From: Promethearchaeota archaeon
GTDB lineage: Archaea; Asgardarchaeota; Lokiarchaeia; Sigyniarchaeales; SOKP01
Assembly (NCBI GenBank): GCA_048938895.1
Contig: JBHLLU010000007.1
Span: forward strand, 45,907-109,906
DNA: 64,000 nucleotides
Direction: 5' to 3'
The notes under the pieces were generated by a model. That model saw only the letters and a list, made by a program, of their open reading frames with translations, was not told where the DNA came from and ran no database searches. Both the position numbers and the translations under genes were made by a program. Every line of letters begins with the position of its first letter. Within the stretch, counting starts at the first letter, position 1. Positions 27,630 through 36,362 of the stretch are shown here, one piece after another.

Positions 27630-29840
27630 ATGAAAAAATATTCAAAAGGATTAATATTAACTCTTTTTCTTACTTCTATGCTAATACCGTTCTTTCCTAT
27701 TGCAAAAGCTCAAGTCACAGATGTTTTTATTGGAAGCTCCGCCGGACCACGTTCTCTTGCTCACTGGGATAGTCCTACTGCTGTGGTTAGTACTGGCGAT
27801 TATTATGTGGGTGCCACTCTTGAAACATTGTTTCGACCACGAGAACAGCTTTGGGATGGTGGTAATGATGGCGCTGAATTACTTCCAGTACTTGCAACAA
27901 GCTGGGTACTTACAAATAGACCAGATGAAATGAATGAGGATGGTTTTATGAATTATGACGGTGTAGAATCAGTAGAAATAACCCTTCGATCGGGAGTTAA
28001 GTTCCATGACGGTTCAGATTGGAATGCAACAGTATGCAAATGGAATATCGATAGACTTATGACAATTATTGGGAATATTAGTGGTATTACACCAGTAGTT
28101 GATTCAAATATGGGTTCTAGACGAGATACTTTTTGGTTAGAACAAGCTGATTGGGCACCCTATGAAAGCCCCAGTTGGAATGTCACGCAGTATGCGGGGA
28201 AGCCTGGAGAGTATCCAGGATTTGGTACCTCTACTGAATCAAAAATGATGGGTCGCTGGCCCCGATTTTATAATGTAACCATTACACAAGATTTACAATC
28301 GGGGGGGACACTTATAATCCATTTTGGTGACTGGGCCTCTGGTATGAATTATTTATGGGGAATCATCATGATCTCAATGTATTCCTATGGAGCAGACTAT
28401 TCTGATACTGCTATCTTAGGATATGGTCTGACTCCTCCTTTTCTACAACCAGATATTTCTGGTGGCTATCCTACTACAGGATTCCCCGGACACCTCATAG
28501 GTACAGGTCCTTATGTTTTTGAAGAACATGTATCGGATATTGGTACATTACATAGATGGGATGATTGGTGGAATGCTACTGCTCAACAAGCTGAGGGTTG
28601 GCATACAGTTGAGAACGTTGCGTTAGCTACTTTTGCCCACACAGAAGCAGGATATCAGGCTAGAAATACTGCTATGGTTACAGGAGATATTGACTGTGCT
28701 TATGACCGTACTTGGGAACCTGTCAATTATAAAGATATGAAAAAAGCTCCTAATGTAAGATATGTACCTCTTGGCGTTGAAAGTTATGGAGAAAATATAA
28801 TTCTCAATTGTATCAATGAAACGTTTATGTGGACTTGGGCTAATGTCTATCACTTAAATATGAGTTCCTACTATCCTACTCTCAAGGGTGCATTCGTTGC
28901 TTCAGGAGTAATGAATCCAGACGGGACTATGAATGCACATGGAATAAATCGTGCTTTTAGAAAGGCGCTTTCTTATGCGTTTGATTATGATACTTGGATA
29001 CACGTTGCAATGGAAGACCGTGTAGTACGTTCTGGAGGATATCTTTGCACAACAAATCCATATTATAATCCATCCATACCAATTGCTACTCATAACCTCA
29101 CCATAGCACGCCAAGCTCTTTTAGATGATCCATACTGGGGAGCAAAATGTGCTGCTAGAGGTCTTGATGAAAGTAGTTCAGATAGTGATTGGCGGACAGT
29201 AGCAGAGACCAATCCTATTTATAGCATGGAGTATAGTTGGGATGATGCCCATTTAGAATCTTATAGTGTGATGTCGACAAGTCTTACGGATATTGGGTGT
29301 GATCTGGCTGATACCGAAGCTTGGAAAGATGTACCTGATACATACACTAAAATGTCTGCATACTTCACATTTCCTTGGACCATAACTGATGGATTTGCAT
29401 TAAAATTAGGTTATACCCGAGTAGCCAATCTTGGTTACCTTGAAGCCTATTATAAGAGTCCTGCATCTTCAATCTTTCCATATGATCAGTTTTACAATAT
29501 GGGCTTTTGCTATAATACAACATACGATAATGCAATCAAGAAAGTCTGGTTCCAAAATGAAACTGGAGTTCAAGAATCATATGATTTCCTATCTGATTGG
29601 ATTCAGAACTATCAATATCCAACTATTTATTTAGGGAATGATTTGAGGGGGATGGCAATCGCTAAAGACTGGGATTTTAGCTTTTTCTGGGGTGTGTTCA
29701 GGTTTAATTTTATTAAGCCTAGAGAACCGGGTGCGGCACCATTGATCCCAGGTTATTCACTTTGTGTTATTTTACCTGTTGGAATAATGGCTATCTCAGG
29801 AATCGGTTACACAATTATAAGAAAAAAGAAACATGCATAG
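27630..29840 (+). CDS. oppA: ABC substrate-binding protein, family 5 (OppA/DppA-like), with signal peptide and C-terminal PGY-TM-basic sorting signal
   Basis: P.LATSW, LRSGVKFHDGS.WNA, IGTGPY, FRKALSYAFD. C-terminus IPGYSLCVILPVGIMAISGIGYTIIRKKKHA. Confidence 0.88.
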   Translation: MKKYSKGLILTLFLTSMLIPFFPIAKAQVTDVFIGSSAGPRSLAHWDSPTAVVSTGDYYVGATLETLFRPREQLWDGGNDGAELLPVLATSWVLTNRPDEMNEDGFMNYDGVESVEITLRSGVKFHDGSDWNATVCKWNIDRLMTIIGNISGITPVVDSNMGSRRDTFWLEQADWAPYESPSWNVTQYAGKPGEYPGFGTSTESKMMGRWPRFYNVTITQDLQSGGTLIIHFGDWASGMNYLWGIIMISMYSYGADYSDTAILGYGLTPPFLQPDISGGYPTTGFPGHLIGTGPYVFEEHVSDIGTLHRWDDWWNATAQQAEGWHTVENVALATFAHTEAGYQARNTAMVTGDIDCAYDRTWEPVNYKDMKKAPNVRYVPLGVESYGENIILNCINETFMWTWANVYHLNMSSYYPTLKGAFVASGVMNPDGTMNAHGINRAFRKALSYAFDYDTWIHVAMEDRVVRSGGYLCTTNPYYNPSIPIATHNLTIARQALLDDPYWGAKCAARGLDESSSDSDWRTVAETNPIYSMEYSWDDAHLESYSVMSTSLTDIGCDLADTEAWKDVPDTYTKMSAYFTFPWTITDGFALKLGYTRVANLGYLEAYYKSPASSIFPYDQFYNMGFCYNTTYDNAIKKVWFQNETGVQESYDFLSDWIQNYQYPTIYLGNDLRGMAIAKDWDFSFFWGVFRFNFIKPREPGAAPLIPGYSLCVILPVGIMAISGIGYTIIRKKKHA

Positions 29841-29864
29841 ATTTAAGAATTAATAACAATTTCA

Positions 29865-29877
29865 TTTTTTTTTTTTT
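29865..29877 (+). terminator. Oligo-T terminator after substrate-binding protein
   Basis: T13 run starting 25 nt after the stop. Confidence 0.55.
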
Positions 29878-30013
29878 CCTTCTATTAGCTTAAAAAGACT
29901 AAGTTTTAATAAATTCTAGAAACCTTAAAAGGACTAACAGATTTTAAAATCCGTAAAATCAAGTTTCATTACAAAATGAAAAATTTATAATATATATAGC
30001 CCTCAATTATTTT

Positions 30014-31117
30014 ATGACTCAAATTGATAATTATGAGATTGTAAGACAAAAATTACAAATTGGAACAATAACTGCTCCTAACCACAAAAAAATATTCAAA
30101 TTGATGAAGATTTTCTGGAATGAAGATGAGATCAAAGTTTTATCTCAATTTAATAATGTGGGGATGAAAACCTCTCGAAAAGAATTAGCGGAAAAAACAG
30201 GTAAATCAGAAGAAGAAATAGAAGAACTGTTAAGAAGATCAGCAAGAAATGGCACCGTTTTGAGATCTGGCTCAGATTATCGATTGCTTCCGCTTGTACC
30301 AGGTATATTTGAAATGTACTTTATCAGACGAAAGGATTCTGAAGAAAATCTTCACAAAGTTGCAGAGATTTATCGATACATTTTCAAAAACAGAGCACCA
30401 GATTTAGAAGATGATAAAAGCATCCGAAGAGGATTCCGTCCTTTACTTCCATATGATTCTGAGGAGAAGTTAATTAAAGTTGATGAATCGTTAGATGTTG
30501 AGACTAAGGTTCTTCCTTTTGAAGTAGTTAAAGATATGATCGATAAAAATGAATCATTTGCCGTTGTACCTTGTCAGTGTCGGTTAATTGGTGAATATAC
30601 AGGAGAACCATGCAAACATGCATCTGCAGAATTGGGTTGTTTTCTAACTGGAGAAGCTGCGGAAAGGCAGATAGGTTATGGCGCAAAAAGACTGACTAAG
30701 GAAGAAGCTATTGAGTTTATTAGAGAAACTGAGAAAGCAGGACTTGTTCATAATACTGTTGCAGATACCAGTAAAGACACGTCTCAATGGATTTGTAATT
30801 GTTGTAGTTGTCATTGTGGAGTATTACTTCCCGCCAAATTATATCATTATAAGGGTGTTTTTCAGACTAATTTTACTCCTGAATTTGATATGGAACTCTG
30901 TACTAAATGTGAAATATGTATGGAAAAATGTCCTAACGAAGCGATTTATCATGTCTGGCCAAGTAAACCAGATTCATCAGATGAGAAGATGAAAGTTAGA
31001 GAAGAAATGTGTATAGGATGCGGAACTTGTGCTGCAAATTGTCCAAATAATGCAATTAAAATGGTTAAAGTAAGAGACGAGCACCCTAAAAGACTGAGCA
31101 TAAATATTTTTGGTTAA
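30014..31117 (+). CDS. Fe-S protein: N-terminal HTH-like region, Cys-rich central domain, C-terminal 2x[4Fe-4S] ferredoxin
   Basis: PCQCR...C...C, ICNCCSCHC, CTKCEICMEKCP, CIGCGTCAANCP. Confidence 0.85.
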   Translation: MTQIDNYEIVRQKLQIGTITAPNHKKIFKLMKIFWNEDEIKVLSQFNNVGMKTSRKELAEKTGKSEEEIEELLRRSARNGTVLRSGSDYRLLPLVPGIFEMYFIRRKDSEENLHKVAEIYRYIFKNRAPDLEDDKSIRRGFRPLLPYDSEEKLIKVDESLDVETKVLPFEVVKDMIDKNESFAVVPCQCRLIGEYTGEPCKHASAELGCFLTGEAAERQIGYGAKRLTKEEAIEFIRETEKAGLVHNTVADTSKDTSQWICNCCSCHCGVLLPAKLYHYKGVFQTNFTPEFDMELCTKCEICMEKCPNEAIYHVWPSKPDSSDEKMKVREEMCIGCGTCAANCPNNAIKMVKVRDEHPKRLSINIFG

Positions 31118-31227
31118 ATTGATATTTCTAAGTTTAAATTCTTTTTTTTGTAAAAAAGTAATAAATTATTGATTCTCCTTGATTTTCTCGTCACTTTCTC
31201 CTTCCGAAAATATACAAAAGCGAAAGA

Positions 31228-31989
31228 TTAACGACCTTTAAATATTGGCTTTCGATTTTCACTAAGCGCCTTGATACCTTCCTGCAGGTCTTCACTATCT
31301 AATTGAGGTTGAATAAACGCATTAAATTCCTCCTGGGCTAAACGTGCTGCTTTTCTTGCTGCAGGTTCCATATTCTTGTAAAGTCCATATTTAATCGCTT
31401 TTAGTGTTAATGGCGCATTGTCACGTAGTATTTCAGCCATCTTGGTAGCTTCTATCATAAGCTCTTCCTTATTTTTTGTTACATGGTTGACTAAACCCAC
31501 TTCATAAGCTCGTTTACCACTCATTGGTTGACCGCCCATATAAAATTCCATAGCAACCTTAAAAGGCATGTAAGGGGTATATTCTATAATTCCACCTACA
31601 ATTCCGACCCACGCTTCACCAAAGATGAACTGAGTATCTTCAGTGGCATAGGTAATATCGGTACCACGAATCGCAAGTCCATATCCACTTCCCGCAACAG
31701 TTCCATGCACAGCCCCAACAATTGGTTTCAGGATTTTGGTTCCATTCGAGGGAAATGCTTTACGAAGATCGTTTAATAAGCCCCTGACTCTGAGATCTGC
31801 ACCAAAACTAAAGTCTGGACCATTTGCACTGAGAATTCCAACTCTGCTTTCAGGATCATCAGCGAAGCGATCCCATGCTTTTCCCAAGGCTTTACATAAA
31901 GGAGGATCTAATAAATTTCGCTTTGGATTGTTTAATGTAATATATGCAATCTGATCTTTAACCTCATATATTAATACTTCACTTGACAT
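31228..31989 (-). CDS. Crotonase (enoyl-CoA hydratase/isomerase) family protein
   Basis: ITLNNPKRN, FSFGADL, KPIVGAVHG.VAGSG, SEDLQEGIKAL.ENRKP.F. Confidence 0.9.
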   Translation of the reverse strand: MSSEVLIYEVKDQIAYITLNNPKRNLLDPPLCKALGKAWDRFADDPESRVGILSANGPDFSFGADLRVRGLLNDLRKAFPSNGTKILKPIVGAVHGTVAGSGYGLAIRGTDITYATEDTQFIFGEAWVGIVGGIIEYTPYMPFKVAMEFYMGGQPMSGKRAYEVGLVNHVTKNKEELMIEATKMAEILRDNAPLTLKAIKYGLYKNMEPAARKAARLAQEEFNAFIQPQLDSEDLQEGIKALSENRKPIFKGR

Positions 31990-32120
31990 TTTTTTTACCT
32001 TTTTTATGTTTGATTAGATTTTTCAATAGTTATATATGGATTATTTTTATATATAATTTTTTTAACTTTGAAATAACCATGCTTTGAGCAATAAATTTAA
32101 AAACTTAGGAAATAATTCAT

Positions 32121-33440
32121 TTATTTTCGAGAGAAACCATATTTTTCAAGCGTTTTAGTTACAGCCATAACATTTTCATGTTTCGAACGTTCAGGAAGAC
32201 CTACTCCACCATCAAGAATATACCCTCCACCTTCCTTGCAGCCTTCAAGGATTTTTTTCACGTAATCTTCCATTTGAATTGGAGTTCCTGCAATAAATAA
32301 TGTTGCAGGAATATTTCCCAGAATTATTGCATAATCACCCATTCTTTCTTTTACTTTAATTATATCTGTTTTATCAAACCTATAACATACTTTTCCCTTA
32401 TGCGATTTAGCAAATTCTTCAAGATAATCAAGTCGATCATTATATGATCCTTCTATGAAAGGTGATGCAATATAACCTTGTTTAATAAAATTATCCATGA
32501 CTTTTGCTAGTGATGGCCAATAAAATTCTGCAAATTGCTCATCACTCATAAATCCATCAGCTCCTCTATGTAAAGGCATAAAAACCATAGGATCGATCTC
32601 TTGATGTACACTTCTGGAACTTAATGTCATTACTTCACTCAATGGTACAATAAACATTTCTATTAATGCTTTTAATTCCTCAGGTCGTTGATACATATCT
32701 AACATTACACCCCTCAGACCTCTAAGTTGATCACCGACCATATCAAAGGGAGCAAATGAAAATGCATTCCTTGTATTCAATGAAGGAAAGCCTAGTTTTT
32801 TCATCTCACTTAAATAATTCATACTAGCATTCCTTGATTTCCTCATTAGTTGTCGTACTTCACCAATTTTTTCCACTAGCTTCAAAACATCTGGATTCAT
32901 GATCCACATTGGTATTCCCATTAAACCATTTAATAATTGGAGCCTTGTAAAATTTGGAAACAAGGTAAATGGCTTAAAAAGACCACACAGATTGGGCAAG
33001 ACTTTTCGAATTACATACTGAGTAGGATCTGCAAGAATCTCTTTATAATCTTCAGCTTTCATGTATTCACCTTCAATATATTGAACTGTCGAGTTATCTG
33101 GTAATCGAACCTCTGGATTTTCAGCCCCTGCCCATTTTAAAGTCTTTACTTCCAGTAGATCCATGATAGGGCCTGATTGTAAGCCTAAGATGCCACTAGA
33201 GGCTAAATCCCATTCATATTGTGGTAAAATTTTTAAAGCCGCTTCATACATTTTTTCAGGATTATAATTTGCCTCTTTAACTGTCATCCCATTTTGAATA
33301 GCAGCATAAAGTGTGCCCATTGGAGCATATGGAACCCGATCTGGTTCTCTCATTTTCATTGCATCAATATATCTTTGCTTTCTTATTTCACAAAGTCGTT
33401 CAATTTCTTCTTCATTCATAGTAATTACACCATTGACCAC
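32121..33440 (-). CDS. UroD/MtaA-fold corrinoid-dependent methyltransferase-like protein
   Basis: EPDRVP, YMKAEDY, PFD...D.LRG, PLHRGADGFMSDEQFAEFYWP, GNIP, GGGYIL. Overlaps the corrinoid-protein gene. Confidence 0.8.
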   Translation of the reverse strand: MVNGVITMNEEEIERLCEIRKQRYIDAMKMREPDRVPYAPMGTLYAAIQNGMTVKEANYNPEKMYEAALKILPQYEWDLASSGILGLQSGPIMDLLEVKTLKWAGAENPEVRLPDNSTVQYIEGEYMKAEDYKEILADPTQYVIRKVLPNLCGLFKPFTLFPNFTRLQLLNGLMGIPMWIMNPDVLKLVEKIGEVRQLMRKSRNASMNYLSEMKKLGFPSLNTRNAFSFAPFDMVGDQLRGLRGVMLDMYQRPEELKALIEMFIVPLSEVMTLSSRSVHQEIDPMVFMPLHRGADGFMSDEQFAEFYWPSLAKVMDNFIKQGYIASPFIEGSYNDRLDYLEEFAKSHKGKVCYRFDKTDIIKVKERMGDYAIILGNIPATLFIAGTPIQMEDYVKKILEGCKEGGGYILDGGVGLPERSKHENVMAVTKTLEKYGFSRK

Positions 33441-34063
33441 TTTGTAGCTAAATTTACTGCTTCCACAGCACTCTCTCCATAGGCATCCGCACCCACATAT
33501 TCAACAATTCTTTCATCGACAGTTCCACCTCCAATCATAATTTTTATCGTATCACGTAATCCCGCTTCTTCTACTTTTTGAATGATTTCTTTCATCGAGT
33601 CAAATGCAAGAGTTAGGAATCCACTAAGTGCTAAAACTTTAGGTTTAAACTGTTTTAAGTTTTCGATAAACATGCTCGCAGGAACATCTATGCCTAAATC
33701 TAATACATCAAACCCATTTGCTTCTAGCATGAATTTCACTACATCTTTACCAATATCATGAATATCCCCCGCAACAGTTCCTAAAAGTACTTTTCCTTTC
33801 TTTTCTTCAGAACTTTGAACTTCTTTTAATTTAGGACCTAACTCCTCAAAGATTTGTCGCAAAATTTCTCCCGACATGATCAAATCCGGTAAGAAGTATT
33901 CTTTATTTTGGAATCTATCTCCAATAAGTTTCATAGCAGTCTTTACATCATTCATAATTAATAATAGATCATCTTTATTGGCAAGTCTTTCTTTTAATAA
34001 CTCTAAAACTTTACTTTCATTCAAATCCACTATTTCATCAATAAAATTAGACACACGAATCAC
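33425..34063 (-). CDS. Corrinoid (B12-binding) methyl-carrier protein
   Basis: Cap domain IGDRFQNKEYFLPDL; GTVAGDIHDIGK (DxHxxG), DLGIDVP, SGFLT, MIGGG. Confidence 0.93.
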   Translation of the reverse strand: MIRVSNFIDEIVDLNESKVLELLKERLANKDDLLLIMNDVKTAMKLIGDRFQNKEYFLPDLIMSGEILRQIFEELGPKLKEVQSSEEKKGKVLLGTVAGDIHDIGKDVVKFMLEANGFDVLDLGIDVPASMFIENLKQFKPKVLALSGFLTLAFDSMKEIIQKVEEAGLRDTIKIMIGGGTVDERIVEYVGADAYGESAVEAVNLATKWSMV

Positions 34064-34209
34064 TTTAATTTAGTAAATCAATTTAGGATTAGAAATTATT
34101 TAAATTTGGTTTTGCAATTAGACATATTTTTTCTAGTTTAAAACTAAACCGAAATTTTATTCTTTAGCTTATTTATCAGTAGGAAAATAATTTATCCTTT
34201 TTGGAATTT

Positions 34210-36225
34210 TTATGCCAGAATTTTATTCTTTTTCTTTATTTCTTGAATTTTATCACGTAAATACGCAGCATCTTCAAATCGAAGTTCTTTAGCCGCCAGA
34301 AACATTTTAGTTTCCAGGTATTGAAGAACTATATCAATATCCCCTTCTCTCTCTAGTTGTTCTATTTTTGATTTAATGCTTTGTTTTAGTCGTTTAACTT
34401 CTTTTTCCTTATATTCTTTCTCATCTGATAAAGATTTTAAGATATTCTTATGGATTGTTTGGGGAGTAATATTATTTTTCTCGTTATATGCGATTTGTTT
34501 TTTCCTTCTTCTATTAGTCTCATTGATTGCTTCTCTCATTGCTGTTGAAACTCTATCAGCATATAATACTGCTCTTCCTTCTACATTCCTTGAGGCTCTT
34601 CCAATTGTTTGAATCAAAGAACGAGTATCTCTTAAAAATCCTAACTTATCAGCATCTAATATCGCCACTAATTTGACTTCAGGAAGATCAAGTCCTTCTC
34701 TTAAAAGATTAATCCCTACCACGACATCGTGAGTTCCGTCTCTTAATTGTCTTAAGATTTCAAATCTTTCTACTGTATCGACTTCTGAATGGAGATACGC
34801 TATTTTTACCCCTAGTTCTGTATAATATTCTGCAATATCTTCTGCCATACGCTTAGTTAATGTCGTTATTAGAATTCTACCACCACTAGCTACAACTTTT
34901 CGTATTTCATTTAATAAGTCGTCAATTTGATTTTTTGCGGGCCGTATTTCAATTTCAGGATCAACTAATCCTGTTGGCCTGATAATCTGTTCAGCAGAAA
35001 TTCCTCCGCTTTTTTTCAATTCATAATCTCCTGGAGTTGCACTCATGAAAATAATATATTTAATCTTGTTCTCCCATTCCTCAAAGGTAAGTGGTCGATT
35101 ATCAAAAGCACTGGGTAAACGCCAACCGTATTCAACAAGGTTTTCTTTGCGCGATCGATCTCCTCCTATCATCCCATGAATTTGAGGTATGGTAACATGG
35201 CTTTCATCTGCTACAATTAAAAAATCATCAGGAAAGTAATCAATCAACGTCATTGGAGGAGTTCCAGGCGCTCTTAAAGAAAGAGGTCTAGAATAATTCT
35301 CGATCCCTTTACACCATCCCATTTCTCTCATCATTTCTAGATCGAATTTTACTCTCCTTTCAATTCTTTGAGCTTCAGCATACCTTTTTTGACTTTTAAA
35401 ATACTCAATTCTTTCATTCAATTCTTCTTCAATTAATTCTAAGGCTTTTATTTTGTTTTCTTCTGGAATCATGAAATGGGTTGCAGGAAAAACTCGAAAA
35501 TTTGATAACTCTCTTAGTGTACTATTAGAAATTGGATGTATCTCTTGAATTGATTCTATCTCATCTCCGAACATTGATATTCGAATAGCAACTTCAGTGT
35601 AAGCTGGAAATATATCTATAATATCACCTCTTACTCTCACAGAACCAGGCTTGAAATCAGTACTCTTTCGTTCATAATTAATTTTAATTAATTTTGAGAG
35701 GATTTCAGATCTCTTAAGTTTTTGACCTACTTCTAAATATAGGGTCACAGATTCCCAATATTCAGGATCCCCAACACCATATATACATGATACAGTAGCA
35801 ACGATTACAACATCTCTCCTGGTCCTTATAGCATGAGCAGATGCTAACCTTAATCTTTCTATTTCTTCGTTTACAGAGAAATCTTTTTCAATATATAATC
35901 CTGAAACTGGCATGTAAGCCTCTGGTTGATAGTAATCGTAGTAGGAGACAAAATAATGAACCGCGTTATGAGGAAATAGTTCCTTAAGCTCATTATATAA
36001 TTGAGCAGAAAGGGTTTTATTAGGTGCCATTACAAGTGTTGGTTTTTGGATTTCTTGGATTATATTGGCGATTGTGAATGTTTTACCCGTTCCTGTAGCA
36101 CCCAATAATGTTTGAAATCGATTTCCCTCCTGAATATTTCTTGCTAGGGTTGAAATAGCTAAAGGTTGGTCTCCAGCAGGTTTGAAATCTGTTTGAATTC
36201 GGAACTCAGTTGTCATATAAATCAA
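34210..36225 (-). CDS. uvrB: Excinuclease ABC subunit B
   Basis: PAGDQP, GATGTGKT, FVSYYDYYQPEAY, DESH, GINLLREGLD, C-terminal UVR domain. Confidence 0.97.
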   Translation of the reverse strand: MIYMTTEFRIQTDFKPAGDQPLAISTLARNIQEGNRFQTLLGATGTGKTFTIANIIQEIQKPTLVMAPNKTLSAQLYNELKELFPHNAVHYFVSYYDYYQPEAYMPVSGLYIEKDFSVNEEIERLRLASAHAIRTRRDVVIVATVSCIYGVGDPEYWESVTLYLEVGQKLKRSEILSKLIKINYERKSTDFKPGSVRVRGDIIDIFPAYTEVAIRISMFGDEIESIQEIHPISNSTLRELSNFRVFPATHFMIPEENKIKALELIEEELNERIEYFKSQKRYAEAQRIERRVKFDLEMMREMGWCKGIENYSRPLSLRAPGTPPMTLIDYFPDDFLIVADESHVTIPQIHGMIGGDRSRKENLVEYGWRLPSAFDNRPLTFEEWENKIKYIIFMSATPGDYELKKSGGISAEQIIRPTGLVDPEIEIRPAKNQIDDLLNEIRKVVASGGRILITTLTKRMAEDIAEYYTELGVKIAYLHSEVDTVERFEILRQLRDGTHDVVVGINLLREGLDLPEVKLVAILDADKLGFLRDTRSLIQTIGRASRNVEGRAVLYADRVSTAMREAINETNRRRKKQIAYNEKNNITPQTIHKNILKSLSDEKEYKEKEVKRLKQSIKSKIEQLEREGDIDIVLQYLETKMFLAAKELRFEDAAYLRDKIQEIKKKNKILA

Positions 36226-36362
36226 TTTATAGAGTATGAATAATGTAATATAAAGATTTAAATGAATATATAAGAGATATGTCTATAGATATTCTAATTA
36301 ATAATCGGTTATGATTTTTTCTAAAAAAAGTTATAAAAAATTGGATGATTTAGCGACAAGTA

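Noticed and set aside
13752-34209. Island as a mobile element
   Set aside because: No integrase, transposase, tRNA target or flanking direct repeats were found. uvrA has its own TATA-like upstream element.
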